Below, piece after piece: positions 1 through 15,650 of a stretch of DNA of 64,000 nt. Location of the stretch: the NCBI GenBank assembly GCA_012295275.1, contig CM022667.1:744001-808000 (forward strand), read 5' to 3'. The position numbers were made by a program, and so were the translations under genes. Under the pieces are notes generated by a model. The model had not been told where the DNA came from, ran no database searches, and worked only from the letters and a program-made list of their open reading frames with translations. Position 1 is the first letter of the stretch; each line of letters starts with the position of its first letter. Origin of the DNA: Chrysomallon squamiferum (taxonomy: Eukaryota; Animalia; Mollusca).

Positions 1-329
1 GCACAATTTACAAACAGCTTTTCTAGCTTATTACTAACAGGTTTTGATAATTTGTATACAATTTATACAACTCATATCTCCTATAAATAACAGGTTTAAA
101 TAACTATTTTATATAGCTTGCAGATATTACATCTTATTATTAATAGGTTTTTGACATCTATTTTATGCAGTTACAATTAGTTGTTTTTTTTTCACTTAAT
201 TTAGTTATTAAGAAAAAGGTCTGGATAATTATTGTGTGCACGCAGTTTTGTATCAGTTCATAATAATGAAATCAGGTTAATATGAAAGTGGATGGTAGTT
301 AGCATTAAGGAAACCTACAGATTATTAAT

Positions 330-870
330 TGTCTAAATGAATGGATATTTTTGTTGTAAGAATGGGTTGGAAAAGAAAATTCTGTTGAGTTAGAGATATA
401 ATAAAAATACAAAAATGTGAAAATGGGTGATGATCAGAACTCTGGCATAAAAAATGTATTGATTATTCAGTTTCTAAATGAATAGATGTTTTTTCTGCAG
501 GAATAGGTGACAGAAACATTGCTTTCAGTTAGAGATATAATAAAATGGAGTCTAGCACCAAAAATTTACTAATTACTAGGTTTCTAAATGAATGGATATT
601 TTTCCTGCAAGAATAGGTGACAGAAACATTGCCTTTAGTTAGAGATATAACAAAATTGAGCCTAGCACAAAAAAATCTACTGATTACTAGGTTTCTAAAT
701 GAATAGATGTTTTTGCTGTAGGAACAGGAGACAGAAACATTGCCTTCAGTTAGAGATATATCAAAACTGAGCCTAGCACAAAAAAAAATCTACTGATTAC
801 CAGGTTTCTAAATGAATGGATATTTTTCCTGCAAGCTTAATAGGTGGCAGAAATATTGCCTTCAGTTAAG
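330..870. repeat. Tandem repeat, ~111-bp unit, ~5 copies
   Basis: tttctaaatgaat recurs at ~471, 581, 692 and 806, together with gacagaaacattg and ttagagatata. Confidence 0.9.
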
Positions 871-3049
871 GATATAAAAGCACTGTAACTGATTTTGAGT
901 GGGTGTCTGGAGATAGGTTTCCATCAGCAGTTAGTGAAGAAACACAACTGTTAGGTTTAGGTGGTGGGGATACACGGGAAGGTAACACAGGTGTGAAAGT
1001 AATGATCTGTATGTCAGTGAAGTACAATAGGGAATGAAAATCTCTTATGTACCAGCAAGGTGCCAATTATAACTGATAAAGAGTCAGGACAGAACACAAG
1101 AGAACAAACTGGGAACAGGGAGAACATGGCAGGAACAGGTGTTTTGTGTATAATTAGGATGTATTTCGGTTAAAACAAATAACCCGAACAAGCAAAGATT
1201 AAAAATAATTTTTGAGCAATACCAGTGTTATTTAAGAATAATTCATGGCACTCATTATTTTTAATATTTTGTAGAATAAATTCATAATTTTTTCTGAAAA
1301 TAATTTTAAGAATTCCTTCTAATACATGTTTTTGATATTAATTTAGTAATTTATGAAGGATATTTGCAAATATGCACCAAATATTATATTTTGAAGTTTG
1401 AATTGTGCCATTTCAAATTTACTAATAAATGATATAGCTACTTAGAGTTCTATGTAGGATTTTGTATTATTCTTTCTATTTTCCTATTGCTTTCTAAAAT
1501 GTCACATTCCTTCTTGTCAAAGGAAAGTTTTTAAATGAAGGATTCCTTTCTTTTAATGGAAAACATTAGTCAAAAAATATGTATATAACAGTAAATTAAT
1601 CAATGAGCTCAAATCATATTGTTAAACAAAATAACTGTTTATGTTTTAAAAGCATTATAATCTGCAATAAGGTGAAACATGAGCTTTTATTATTATTATT
1701 ATTATTATTTATTATCATCATCATTATTATTATTATTATTTTATCATTTTATCATTCTGAAAAAATAAAAAAAGAATTTTTAAACCATTTTACAATACTT
1801 AACATATGAACTGTTTTAAAGCCAGTTAAAGAGATTCTAATGTAGAAGCTTTTAAACTAAAATTTGTCAGATTATCTCGGAAATCTTTCTAAATACACAC
1901 AGAGAAATTCTATTCAGGCTCAAATATTCTTTTTTTTCATTTTATATCATTAACGGTATTACCAAACAAGTTTCTAAATAAACAAGCAAATATTACCACC
2001 CCAGTAAAAAGGTGATGATGGTTTTTTCAGCTTTAAATGATGACTGATGAGGACACAAGCCAAACTATTAGACACATTTTGTTTTATGCAGGACATCTGG
2101 AGTTACAGCCATAATGTTGAGTCTGGTTCTTGCTAATTGAGTTGAGGGTCTCTGTGATGTATCAGGCTCGTGGTTGTTCTGACTGCAGGTGTGTTCCAGA
2201 CACCTGTAATTTGTTAAAATAGACAGGTGTTATTTCTTTCATCTCTTTTGAAACTTCCCTGTACTTTCCCCATAACCAGACTGATTTTTGGATGTGTTCC
2301 TGTTTTTACTTAATAACTTTATTATCTGTTGATGAAAAATTAGGTAAAAACATTTTAGAGTCATTCTGAGGTCATAGTGGGTTTTTTTTTTTTTTTCATC
2401 CTATTTGTGACATTATTAATAGAGTTTCTGTTTTATAGTGTTTTAATTATTTTTTCTTACAGTGAAAATAAAAAGATACAACTCATTCACAGACATGGGG
2501 ACAACAGACACATAGAAAACAATCACATCCTCTCCCCTTCATAAACATTAACTACAACCCCAGTTTAATTGAAATGGAATGTGGGAAACTTTTACAAACA
2601 TTTTTTTTTTTTTTTTTTAAAAACAAAAAGGCTTTTGAAAAGTTAATAGTAAAATAACCCAGTTAAGGATTGCTTCAGTCCCAGATTTCAAGTTTGCCGT
2701 CATCAGACAGTGCAAATGTTAATTAAGTTGTTGTGTGAGGCTTTTAACAGAAATTGTGTTAGCTGCTGCCATTACTGCTAGTTTAACCTGCTAAGTCAAT
2801 GAGTGGTGACACAGTGACATGCAAACAATGTGAGGAGATAACACTGTCAGAGCAGAGATGTCATTTTGTATTTGCGTTTTTCTCTTTCAAGATCTTTTTT
2901 TTTTTTTTTCTTCTCAATTTTTCCTGGTCTATTCTCTATTTCTTTGCATCTCTCTGTCTGTCTGTCTCTCTCTCTCTGTATCTCTCTGTCTCTCTTATAA
3001 ACTTTATTTCCACTTAACCCCAAAATGAAAGTCTTTTTATGATTCTTTA

Positions 3050-3105
<56 letters not shown>

Positions 3106-3138
3106 GATTCTAATTGTATTTCTCAAAATCTCTCTTTA

Positions 3139-3185
<47 letters not shown>

Positions 3186-3921
3186 AACACATCATTCCTA
3201 ATCATATTTTATTTTATTTCCACTTAACCCCAAAACGAAAGTCTTTTTATGACTCTCTTTAGATTTCTCTCTCTCTCTCACAAACACATCATTCCTAATC
3301 ATATTTTATTTTATTTCCAGTTAACCCCAAAACGAAAGTCTAGTTCTGACTCTTTAAATTTTTTTTCTTATTCTTTCTAGTTCTCTTCTCTGTCTTGTTG
3401 TTTTTCTCACTCTTTCTCTCTTCTAGTCTTTTCTCTCTGTCTCTCTTTCACTACACATTTGTGTATTTGAGAGTCTGTATGTGTTTGCCTGTGTGTATAT
3501 GTCTGTATACTTGGAACACATTAACTACATTTATCCTAAAAAGTACCAAAAATCAATGGCAATCATTTCCCTGATTGCAGAGGGCAGTGTTAGAGGTTTT
3601 TGCATATAGACATCAGTTATAGAGAGCTGGCATTTTCTCACGTCTATGAATATTTTATATTTATATAATAACAGTTCAGGTTTGTGTCTGCTGAACAAGT
3701 TGGACTGGATGAATATTTAATGATATCCAGCAGTGATCTGTTATCTGTCAGAAAAAATGTATGAGAGGGAAAGACATGCTAGTATCTGTAGCTCATCCAC
3801 TAGAATGCATGCATACATACATACATACATACATACATACATACATAGATACATACATTAAAGCACACACAAACACACACACACACATACACAAACATAT
3901 GTGTGTGTGTGTATATATATA

Positions 3922-3988
<67 letters not shown>

Positions 3989-4007
3989 TTTTATGTATGT
4001 TTGTATG

Positions 4008-4069
<62 letters not shown>

Positions 4070-4268
4070 CATATTCATTTATCCATCTATCAATTCACCC
4101 ATCCATCTATCCATATACACATACACATACACAAACATACATACATGCAGACATACAGACACACAGGCAATTAAAAGTACATAGGTCATGCAACAGACAC
4201 TGAAGACAGTTTCGTGATCTAGTCAGATACACAGAGAGAGAGAGGCAGACAAATATATATATAAGTGT

Positions 4269-4339
<71 letters not shown>

Positions 4340-4404
4340 GCAGACAAATATATATATAAGTGTTATCTACAGATACACATAAACTAATCACTGATATTTT
4401 TCAG

Positions 4405-4534
4405 CCTGCGGGGAGAATTGTGGGTCTGGCAGCAGACATTGAAGACAATTTGCTGTTCTGGTCAGACATCAGCAATCAGAAGGCCATCTTCAGATCCAGG
4501 CTTGATGGAACCCACGTTCAGATTATAGTCACTG
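4405..4534 (+). CDS. Exon 1 (in window): YWTD propeller 1 blade (LFWSD)
   Basis: ttttcag|CCT...ACTG|gtatgt; PAGRIVGLAADIEDNLLFWSDISNQKAIFRSRLDGTHVQIIVT; phase 0->1. Confidence 0.93.
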
Positions 4535-4574
4535 GTATGTTACATTTAATTAAACACTGCAGACTCAGCCAAGG

Positions 4575-5400
4575 TTAACTAAATACTACAGGCTTTGTGA
4601 TAGTTAACTAAATACTACAGGCTTTGTGATAGTTAACTAAATACTACAGGCTTTGTGATAGTTAACTAATTATACTACAGACTTTGTGGTAATTAATTAA
4701 ATACTACAGACTTTGTGATAGTTAACTAAATACTACAGGCTTTGTGATAGTTAACTAAATACTACAGGCTTTGTGATAGTTAATTAATTAAATACTACAG
4801 ACTTTGTGATCATTCAATAAATGTACTACAGACTTTGTGGTAATTAATTAAATATACTACAGGCTTTGTGATGGTTAACTAAATACTACAGGTTTTGTGA
4901 TAGTTAACTAAATACTACAGGCTTTGTGATAGTTAACTAAATACTACAGGCTTTGTGATAGTTAATTAAATATACTACAGACTTTGCGGTAATTAATTAA
5001 ATACTACAGACTTTGTGATAGTTAATTAAATATACTACAGACTGTGGTAATTAATTAAATACTACAGACATTGTGATGGTTAATTAAATATACTACAGAC
5101 TTTGTGGTAATTAATTAAATAATACAGACTTTGTGGTAATTAATTAAATATACTACAGGCTTTGTGGTAATTAATTAAATATACTACAGGCTTTGTTAAT
5201 TAATTAAATATACTACAGACTTTTGGTAATTAATTAAATATACTACAGATTTTTTATATTTAATTAAAATACTACAGACTTTGTGGTAATTAATTAAATA
5301 TTACAGACTTTTTAATTAATTAAAAATACTAAAACAAAAAGAAGTTAATTATATATACTACAGACTTTATGGATAGTTAACTAAACAGACTTTGTAATAA
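4575..5400. repeat. Minisatellite, 29-33-bp unit (gttaactaaatactacaggctttgtgata)
   Basis: About 25 visible copies starting ~40 nt after the exon 1 donor. Confidence 0.95.
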
Positions 5401-5815
5401 AGTTTGTCATATTTAATTAAATACTTAATTTAAAACTGTACAGTAAATAAATTTGTATATTTAATATTCAAAGCCACAAAAGAAAAAATTGTAACAACTT
5501 TTATGGATCATTCCTGGTCCTATTTATAGTTTGTCAGACTTTTTTGTTATTAAAAGACTTAAAGTCAAAAACAAATGAAAAAGAAGCATACAAAAAACAA
5601 ATCTTTCCTCTTTTTCTTATTAAAGTGTTAAACATCAACAAAAAACAAATAGAAAGAAATGACACAGAAACAAACTTCACAAAAGATAAACACTAACAAA
5701 AAAATAAAATTATAAAATAAACGTACAAGATATGAGTAGATTATTCATTTATATCGCAGCAAGTATGCATACACCTACATATCGTTAATCCAGTAATTTG
5801 CTTTGCGTGTGGCAG

Positions 5816-5987
5816 ATGTTGAGCAGTGCAATGGGATGTCTGTCGACTGGATCTCTAATCACATCTACTGGACAGACGCTGGTAAGAAGACGGTGGAAAT
5901 CGCAAACTACGATGGGCACGGACGAAGGATTCTCATTGGATACGGGCTGGAAAAACCAAGGGGAATAATTGTCGATCCTGTATTTGG
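5816..5987 (+). CDS. Exon 2: YWTD propeller 1 blade (IYWTD)
   Basis: ggcag|AT...TTTGG|gtaagc; DVEQCNGMSVDWISNHIYWTDAGKKTVEIANYDGHGRRILIGYGLEKPRGIIVDPVF; phase 1->2. Confidence 0.95.
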
Positions 5988-6106
5988 GTAAGCAGTTAGG
6001 CTTAATATGTTTCATGTAGTTTAGATTTTTTATTATTTTCATTTTCAGAAGAGACAACTTACTTATATTTGTGGTTTGTCTGTGTGTGTGTGTGTGTGTA
6101 TCTATA

Positions 6107-6141
<35 letters not shown>

Positions 6142-7855
6142 TTGTATTTGTGTGTGTGTGTGTGTGTGTGTGTGTTTATATATATATTGGTTGACTTGAC
6201 ACTTAAGTTGTTTTATAACAGTATTGTTTTATGTCATACTTTGTTACTGAAACAGTAAAATAATGATGTGGAAGTATAAATAATGTATTAAAACATTTAT
6301 TTTTGCGCCACTGATATTCAGAGAAGTGAATTGTTTTCAGGGGTGTTGGTTCATGTTATAAATTCAGTATGTAAGATAACAGAGATCTTAACAAGCAAAG
6401 AAACAGAAATAGATTGATGTGGCTCTGTTCTGTGGTTTTTATCTGTGGATGCAATAATAGAAATACATTTTTTGTTATTCTTTATCTTACGATTGAAAAG
6501 TTTTTATACCTGTGTATTGGAGAAAAGCTACAATTTAATACAGGTGATAAGTAAAAAAAAACTCCTTTCAAATGCAGATTCACTGAGGCTTGCAGAGCAA
6601 ACATATTCAAATGCTTCAGATATTTTTGTTCTTTTTAACAAAACTTATATCATCTTGTTAAATATAACCTCACTACAGTAATGATTTAGCCTTGTTTCAG
6701 AAATTTATGATGAATGAGAGTTTCAAAAATTTAATTTCTAGAACCTACAGATCAAAACCTGAAAGAACATAAAACCCATTTCTAGCACAAAAATCTTTTA
6801 TTAATTAATACATTCTTTTTTGTTTGGTTTTCATTTTAAAAAAAAGAAAGCAAGAAAGTTTAAAAAATTATTTTTTAATATCCATCAAACAGAAATATTA
6901 CTTTTTTAATTAGATAGATTTTTTTTATTTATTATTACCTTATTAATTTTATTGATTTATCATTTTACAAACTGTTATTTATTCATTTACTTATTTTTAT
7001 ATTAAAATATCTAGCGCTAGTTATTCTTTGTCTATTATATTTTTGTCATGACAAAATAAAAAAGAAAAAAAGAAAAGAAAAGAAAAACTTACAAAAGCAG
7101 GGCTACATAATGAAACAAACCACAAAGAGAGATACAAAAATAGAATCCTTTCTTAACTCTTTTATTATTATCATCATCATCATTTTTTTTTATAAAAATT
7201 TTATCTGACATCTTTTGTCATCTTTAGCAAAAAAAAAAAAAAAAAACAATTTTTAAACAAGAACTTTCTACAACACCCGATTTCCATCATTATCTGTTAT
7301 GTTCCGTTATTAGCAAATAATTTATTTAATAACTATTGTCAACACATGAATCATCCCTCATTATTAAAACTACATTTCTTTGTTATCTTAGAACAAAACC
7401 CCCAAAAGAACAAAAGAGGCTGGCTTCTTTTAATCTGTCTGACAATTAGACAATGGACCATGCCATGCTTGCGTAACCATCAAAGTTAGGTTAGCTGGCG
7501 ATGAACTCGGATCAATAAAGACTAATTCATACGAAAAGAAAGATTCTTTTTGTTTTCCCCTTTTAGCTGACTCACAAGTACATTCACTCGTAATACTTTC
7601 TGAACATCTGGCCTAAAAAATTCTGATTGGGTATTGCCAAAAAAAAAACAGAAAAGGAGGGGGGGTTCACCGTTGTCTTCGTTGAATTTTATGACAAAGA
7701 AGAATTTGGGTGTTGTTATTTTTTTTTTTTTTTTTTTTTTTTGTATGTATGGATTATACCAAAAATAAAATTGTGTTTACTGTTATTTTAGTTGATTTGT
7801 AAAATAATATAAAGAAGAATTGGTGTGGGTGTTCAACTTATAAAACAGAAGAGAT

Positions 7856-7898
<43 letters not shown>

Positions 7899-10800
7899 GT
7901 ATACATGTATGTTTGTTTTATATATCAAACCCCCCAAAAATCATGTTTACTATTATGTTAGTTGAATTATAAGAGTGATTTATAATATCGTTTTTTTTCT
8001 ATTATTATAAATTAGTTTTGCATTTATGAATATTTGTATTTTTAAATATTAAACTAAACTGAACTTGTTTTTTGTCATGTCAGATGAATTAAACGTGAAG
8101 GAGGAATTTTCAATATCCATTTTCCATTAACGTAAACTGATTTTGCATGCAGGGATATTTATGTTTAACAAAAAAGTGTTCTAGCTGTTTTATTAAAGAA
8201 AAAAGAATCAATAGCATCTTTTCTCTGATAATGTAAATTGGTTTTGCATACTTGGATATTTGTTTTATTTACAGAAACAACAGCAATCCCCCAAAACAAC
8301 AAATAACTATTTACCATTTATTTATCTTAACAGAAGTATTAAAGAAAGAAATTTTAAAAATATTTTTTATATTTTCTGTGAATATAAATATGTTCTGCAT
8401 ACATTAGTATTTATTTCAATGAATACTGGAAGATAAGTATTATTTTTGCTGGAAGACAAAATCAATATCGGATGTCATCTTTTTATTGTAGAACTGATTA
8501 GTTTTTTAATTAGAAGTGGGATTTTTCTGGTGTTTTTTAAAAAATGATGTAGTTTTATTTTATTTTATTTTATTTTATTTTATTTTGTTTTGTTTATTTA
8601 GTTTATTATTTAATTTTATTTAATTATAATTTTAATTTTGATTCATTTTATTTATTTAATTATTTATTTTATTATGTATATATATATGTGTGTGTGTGTG
8701 TGTTTATTTTTCTTAAGATATTTTTTGCTTCTTGTGTCTCTTTCCATGCAACAGAGTTCTTGTTTTACAGTTTAATATTTAAATCATGTAAATGGTGTAT
8801 ATCAAATATCTGTTTGCTTTACAACAAATCACCCAATGACACAGATACAGAAATCTCAAATAAACGGTTTTAATTTCCATGTTGTGTTGACTGGTTGCTA
8901 TAGAAACCAAACCAAACCAAACAAATACTCTCAAACATCATTTAAATTTTTTTTTTTAAATATCTTGGAAACTTGGAGTTGGCATTCATTAATTAATTAA
9001 AAGATATTATTAAAACAAAGAACTGCTGTCATCCTGTATACTGTTTCATCTGTTTAAAACTAATGGATTGTGTCAGCCATTTTTCACAATACTAGACATC
9101 TGATACTCTTTTTCTCCACATAATGTGTTATATGCATTGTTTATAAGGACAATGAATAACTGTAAACCTCTTTGACACCTGATTTTTTTAGTAATCCAGT
9201 CATGGTTGGACTGGGAAATAATCTAACTAATATGTACTGTTAATACATCATGACAGTAGTAATAAATTATCAATTTTATTTCTAAACAACATAAATCTTT
9301 ATAATATCGTTTTTATTATATTTTGTCCAGTATTGTTATATATTATAAATATCACATGATAGGAATACCAGATTGTCAATAATATTTTTAAATAAACTGC
9401 TGCACTGTAAATTAAAAGTCTTATTTCATCTTCATACTGAATATTTTATCCAACGCTGTCAGATATCATTAATATTATATGGTATAAAATATAATTTTTA
9501 ACTAACATCATCTAGATTATTAAAAATATTTTTAAAACTATTCTGTGATTCCGTGTCAATTTAAAGTCCATTATTACTTTATACCACATATTTTTATCAA
9601 ACACCGTTGAATATCATTAGTACCACACATGGCACCCATATTCTGTCAAGTTATTTCCTGCCAATTTACCTTGTTAAATTATCTGTCAGTCAAAATATTT
9701 AACAGCCAGAATGATAGCAATCTGAAAGAGAGTTATGAATAATTCACAGTAATTGATGAAAATTGCTGCTTTTTTTTTTTTTTTGTGTGTGTGTTGCTGA
9801 TAGTATTTACATGTTTAGCGTATAATACCAATGGCACTGGTGTATAGGCATTGTTATAATACATGCATATGTTAGTAAATTATGTATATTAGCTATAATA
9901 TTATTATAGCTAATTTTTACGCAGAGCATTAGTAAATGATGATATTGACGTGTAACATATTTAATGCAATAACAAGGATATTATATTTTTTTCAATTTGT
10001 TATTCAAGAGAATAGATAAAATAAATATCTGAACAAAATAAATCTTTAAATAACAATCTTCTTTGGTTAAACCTTAACACAGGTTTGGTAGCTACTGTGA
10101 GCAAATCCTAGCATTAGCTCCTTAGTAAAAGACCATATTAATCTTTCTCCAGTCTATGTGTGTATATATATATTGTAAACCATCTATTTGTTTTAGTATA
10201 AAACCATTATGAAATTCAAGGAGCTCTGTTTAGAATGTGAAATAGCATTAACAAATGCAACATTCAGATATTTCCTTCAGATCAGTTGTAAAAGTCAAGG
10301 AGCCCTGGTTGGAATTTGAAATAAATTAAGAGATGCAGCATTAATTCATTTCCTTCAAAACATCTAATTGTGTTAGTGTAAGACCATTGTACAAGCCAAT
10401 GAGCCTTATTTGGAATATTTTAAAATCCACCATGAACATATTCCATTCAAGTCATCTAATTGTATAAAGACATTATACAAGTCAAGCAGCCCTGGCTGGA
10501 ATTTGAAATAATTGAAAAGTTACAAAAAAATACATATTGAAGTCTTTTCCTTCAAATTAAATTAAGCATCTTTACTTAGTGATCTTTAAATTGCATTGCA
10601 GTTTGCTGGATATTGCGTGTTCAAATTTCTGACTGTGTCAGTAACGGATTACAGTGGACATGTTTAGAATCCAGTTTTACATTTCCCAAGTTCATCCTTT
10701 ATAGAACCAGATACATTTATCAGAAGAAAACAAAATGCATGTCAGCTGTAACCATGAGCTGAATACAGAGCTGAATACATTTATCTGTCAAATGGTGTTG

Positions 10801-10922
10801 TTAATGTACAGTTATTTTTTATTTTGCAGACGTTACTCAGAATAATTAAAGATCATTAGACATATATACGTGCATGCATGCATACATACATACATACATG
10901 CATACATACATACATACATACA

Positions 10923-10956
<34 letters not shown>

Positions 10957-11341
10957 CATACATACATTAATACATATATATATATATATATATATCTATA
11001 ATTATATCTCTATTTGTATCTACATATGTACACCTACAAACACACACACCTACACACCTACACACACACACACACACACATATATATACACACAAACACA
11101 TATACCACAATCACCCATACATGCATAAACACATTCAAGAGTATCTATCTCCATATTTACACACAAACACATAATACAACATCCAACAGCATCAGCACAT
11201 AGACACAGTGAGAAAGAGACACTTATAATAATACATACTTACATACATACATACATACATACACACACATACACACACATACACACATACATAAATACAT
11301 ACACACACAACATACATACATACATACATACATACATACAT

Positions 11342-11378
<37 letters not shown>

Positions 11379-12839
11379 TACACACATACATACACACACA
11401 TACATACATACATACATACATACATATCTAGATAACTGTAAAAATGGGAACACTTTCCCACATTATTTTACAATAATCAGTTTAAAGTATTTACCACAGA
11501 AAACAACAGAGCTAATATTTGACAACCAGATTATTCTAATATTTATCAGAAAAAGATTTAACATAAAACAAATATCTGAGTGTCTCTGTATTGGATGTTG
11601 CATGCAGTCATTTGCAGAACAGGCTCAAAGGGATTTAGCATCCAAGTCAAAGCCTGGTATCCATTATAGTAAGTTACAATAAGCCAATCTATGAACTAAT
11701 ACTGTTAACTAATATAATAACTTCTTTACTCTTTGAAAATAACAATACCCCAAGCAAAAAAAAACCAATTTGCTTAATGGATAATGCTGATCCAAATACT
11801 TTATCAAATAATAAAGTATTTGTTTGACAAATATCTCAAAGTTTTTAATATCATTATTTATTGAATTATCAGTAGAAACTAGAATAATTAAAAATATATA
11901 GCTATTTTTTTTTTTTAGTTCTAGGATTAGATTTGTTCTTTTTCAATCACTGATTTTTATTTCACATCATTGATATCTCATGTAGTGTAGTCACAATAAT
12001 ACGTCACATAAGCTGATGCTATTATTTATGTCTAAACAGTATTAAATTATTATTTATGTATGAATATAAATAGGAAGGCAGGTATGTAGATAAGTGGGTT
12101 GAAATGTGGATGTGTATGTATGTTTGTAAGTGTGTGTGTGTTTGTATTTGTGTATGTGTGTATGTGTTTGTGTGTATTTATGATATTTATACATGCAAGT
12201 ACATTTTTGTTTTAATATATGTAGGTATACAACTCTATACTGTATTTTATATGTTCAGCTATTTTAGGTCTGTGCAGAGTTATATTCTTTTCAGTAAGAG
12301 ATTTTTATTTCATTTCATTGCATATTAGTTTTATGTCACAGAACTGGATAACATATCACACATACATGCACCAGCACACTCAATATCATTAAAGGTTATT
12401 ATAACAATCATTTTTTATTATTTTTTTTCACCCTCTTTCATTTATTGAACATTATAACCTGTTGATTCACGCTGCAAATTTTCTTCTTCTTCTTCTTCTT
12501 TTTTTTTTTTTTTTTTTTTTTTTTTCTTTCTTCTCCACCATGGATGTTCAGTGTCCATGCTAACCACTGGGCAAGATGACTCATTGGATACCATTGAGTC
12601 ACCCGAGCTTTCTCAGGTATTGAATTTCCTCTCAAACAATCTCTTTATTCCTGCTGATCAAAATGATTATCCCAGCACAGACACTGCCCATCAGTGCCAT
12701 TACTCTACAACCTCTTTCTTCTTTCAACAATCTTTTATTTATTTATTTATTTAATTTTTTTTTTTTATATATTTTTAAAAATATTTTCATTCTTTTAACA
12801 CGCACTTAATGATCAACTCTTAATGATCAACTCTGAAAC

Positions 12840-13260
12840 ACGTTTCGGATTGCTACTGCTGTCCTCCCTCCCTCCTCCCTTCCCTCCCCCCCCCCTGCTG
12901 CCTTCATTACCTTCTTTCCTCTCCCTCAAGGATAAGCAGTGGTCGTCATGGCGACAGGCTGATCCTTCCTGATGAATTGATGAATGATCAATAATTGAGT
13001 CTGTGGCGTTGATTGATGTGAATTTTGACTGCGTTTCATCTTTTGCACGTCGCAGCAGCGCAAGCCGGTTGTGCGGGGTTAACGATGATGTCAGAGCTGG
13101 GGTGGGGGACCTGTTGCCACATGTGTAGCCGATGTCGGTGCGGTGCGTATCCGTGTGTGCACTGACATCGTTGTTGTTTGTGTGGTAAAAAAAAAATGAG
13201 TTTCTGTTGGTGTGGGATTGCGTTGATGGTTGCCGTTAAGACGTTGCCATCTCGTAATGT
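12840..13260. promoter_or_regulatory. CpG-enriched, non-repetitive intronic island (candidate promoter/enhancer)
   Basis: Many CG dinucleotides compared with the CpG-poor flanks, a C-rich tract, X-box GTCGTCATGGCGAC (12942-12955) and TGATTGAT (~13010). Confidence 0.45.
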
Positions 13261-13521
13261 TGATACATAATTTATCATCTGCGTTTTACACTTAATTACT
13301 GAAATGTCCCATCCTCTCAGTGAACCATAACAACAACAACAATACACTTTTTTTTTTTTTTTTTTTAAATACCTTTATTGTTTTGGTTTTGTGGTTGAGT
13401 TTTAAAAAAAAAAAATAAATAAATAAAAATTAATATTGCAGGTTGCTACTGTATAGAATTTAATAAATACTGTTTAATGATAAGTTCTACAACAATATTT
13501 TATTATTATTATTATCATTAC

Positions 13522-13564
<43 letters not shown>

Positions 13565-14368
13565 GTTATTGTTATTATTTTTATTATCACTATTATTGTT
13601 ATTATTATTATTATTATTATTGTTATTATTATTATTTTGTTTATTAGTATTATTTTTGGTTGTTTCTATTGTCAAGTATTTTTAGTTTTGTTAACAACTG
13701 TAAATACAAATACTGAAGTATAAAAACACTTAACTTTACTTGAATGACCAATTAAAAGAACCCTTGCTGTTCAGTTACTATAGTAACACAGAACAAGATA
13801 GCACAACAGCTGTGTTGGTTTTCTAACACATTTCTATAATATCATATGAAAAATAATTAAAAGAAATCTTTCAGTTAAGTGAAAGTAGTGGCTAATGTAT
13901 ACATTGCAATAAATACTGGGGTTTTCTAACACACACTAACACACACACACACACACAGAGAGACACTCATAAAATATTATAACAGTATTGGATAAGATAA
14001 CTGGTGAATTAAGTCTTTACAGTGTTCATTAGGAGTTTTTTTTTATATTTTTGTTTTATATCATTCTTAGCCTCTTGAATAGTGTAAACACATTCATGGT
14101 GATCACAGTTTTGACTTATTTGTTATATCTAGTGACTGGTTTAGCAGTGACAGTGAACCTTGCTATAACAGAATTCATGGTTTGTTGTGTCGTATTTCCA
14201 TAGTCCTACATAAATATCAATGAAATGAATGAATGAATTAATAAAGATGTTATTTATTTATTTTTTTTTATTTTTATTTTTTTTATTTATCTGTCTATCT
14301 ATTTATTTGTTTATTTATTTATTTTTTTATTTTTTTATTTATTTATTTTTTTTTTTTTTATTTTATTT

Positions 14369-14420
<52 letters not shown>

Positions 14421-15615
14421 GTATTAATGGTTAAGTGGTTTTTATGTTTCACACAAATGAAAATCCATCAACAACACTCTAAATATTTTTAATTCAAACA
14501 TTCACATTGACATTTGCAATAATAAAAAAAAAAAAAAAAAAAATACAAACAGTAATTTTTCTTTTTTTTAAATACAGTTAAAATCAAAACAAATCCTATA
14601 GTGATTTCATACATATAAATTTCATTTTTTAAATTATTAATTTTTCTTTTTTCCTTTTAATAGTTTTTAACAAAATATTTTACACTGTACGTACATCACA
14701 CTGGGAATTACTCAGCCTAATTGCTATTGACATTTCATCAATTTTGTGTCCGTAGTTCTGTCAGTATTGGTCTTCCTGGAATTATATCAGATCCATAAAT
14801 GTTCTGTTACACAGCACAAGGGATTAGATAAATTTAATATCTGCCTTGTTTGAAACCATGTATTACACTGTTATAGTACAGTGAAATTATTATTACTTTA
14901 CAATACATTTTTTTGTTTTGTTTTGTAACACAAGAGATCCTGCAAATTAATTTGATGCATATTTGAAACTATGTATTACAATTTTACAGTGTATGTTTTT
15001 TTGTAAAATTATTATTACATTGTAATCAGTTTAATGTTTTATTTTGTAACACAAAGGTAAATTAATTTGAGTCACGTTTGAAACTGTGTGTTACAATTTT
15101 ATACTCTTGTACTTATTTCTACAGACTGTCTTTAAATTAAAACCTCTTTTTAATACTGTGTTATACTATAAGGAGATAAATGAATTTCTTGTTTAAAATC
15201 ATGTAACACAATTTCACTGCACAGTATTTAAAAAAACAAAACAAACAAAACCCCCCACAAAAAAAACCCAGGTATATATATATATATATATATATATTAT
15301 TGCATATTTTTAAAAGTATTTTTTCCCCCTTTTTTCATTACCTGAATAGCTTGGCACTTGTAAACAGATTTTGATTCTGAATGTAAAAGTTAAAAATAAA
15401 AAAGCTTCTTTTTATTGCAAACATGTGATTAACATGCCATGGCAACTTAAATAGCTTTTTAAAACTTTCTCTTCAAGATTTTTTAAAACAATGTGCATGT
15501 GTGTGCATGTGTGTGTGTTAAAAATCCTTAGTCATAATACTTATAAAACAAAATTTATTTTATATATATATATACATACATTTACATACACACTTATGTA
15601 CCTACACGTACTCAT

Positions 15616-15650
<35 letters not shown>

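Noticed and set aside
2092-2188. AG...GT-bounded segment as a candidate upstream exon of the receptor
   Set aside because: It has stop codons in all three frames and no propeller-like sequence.
3761-4203. ORFs rich in CV/YI/HT repeats, here and at ~10.9-11.5k, 16.3-16.6k, 19.4-20.0k, 20.3-20.7k, 37.0-37.5k, 40.0-40.6k, 47.2-47.4k and 50.2-50.5k
   Set aside because: They are translations of (CA)n, (TA)n, (CATA)n, (TC)n and (AAT)n microsatellites.
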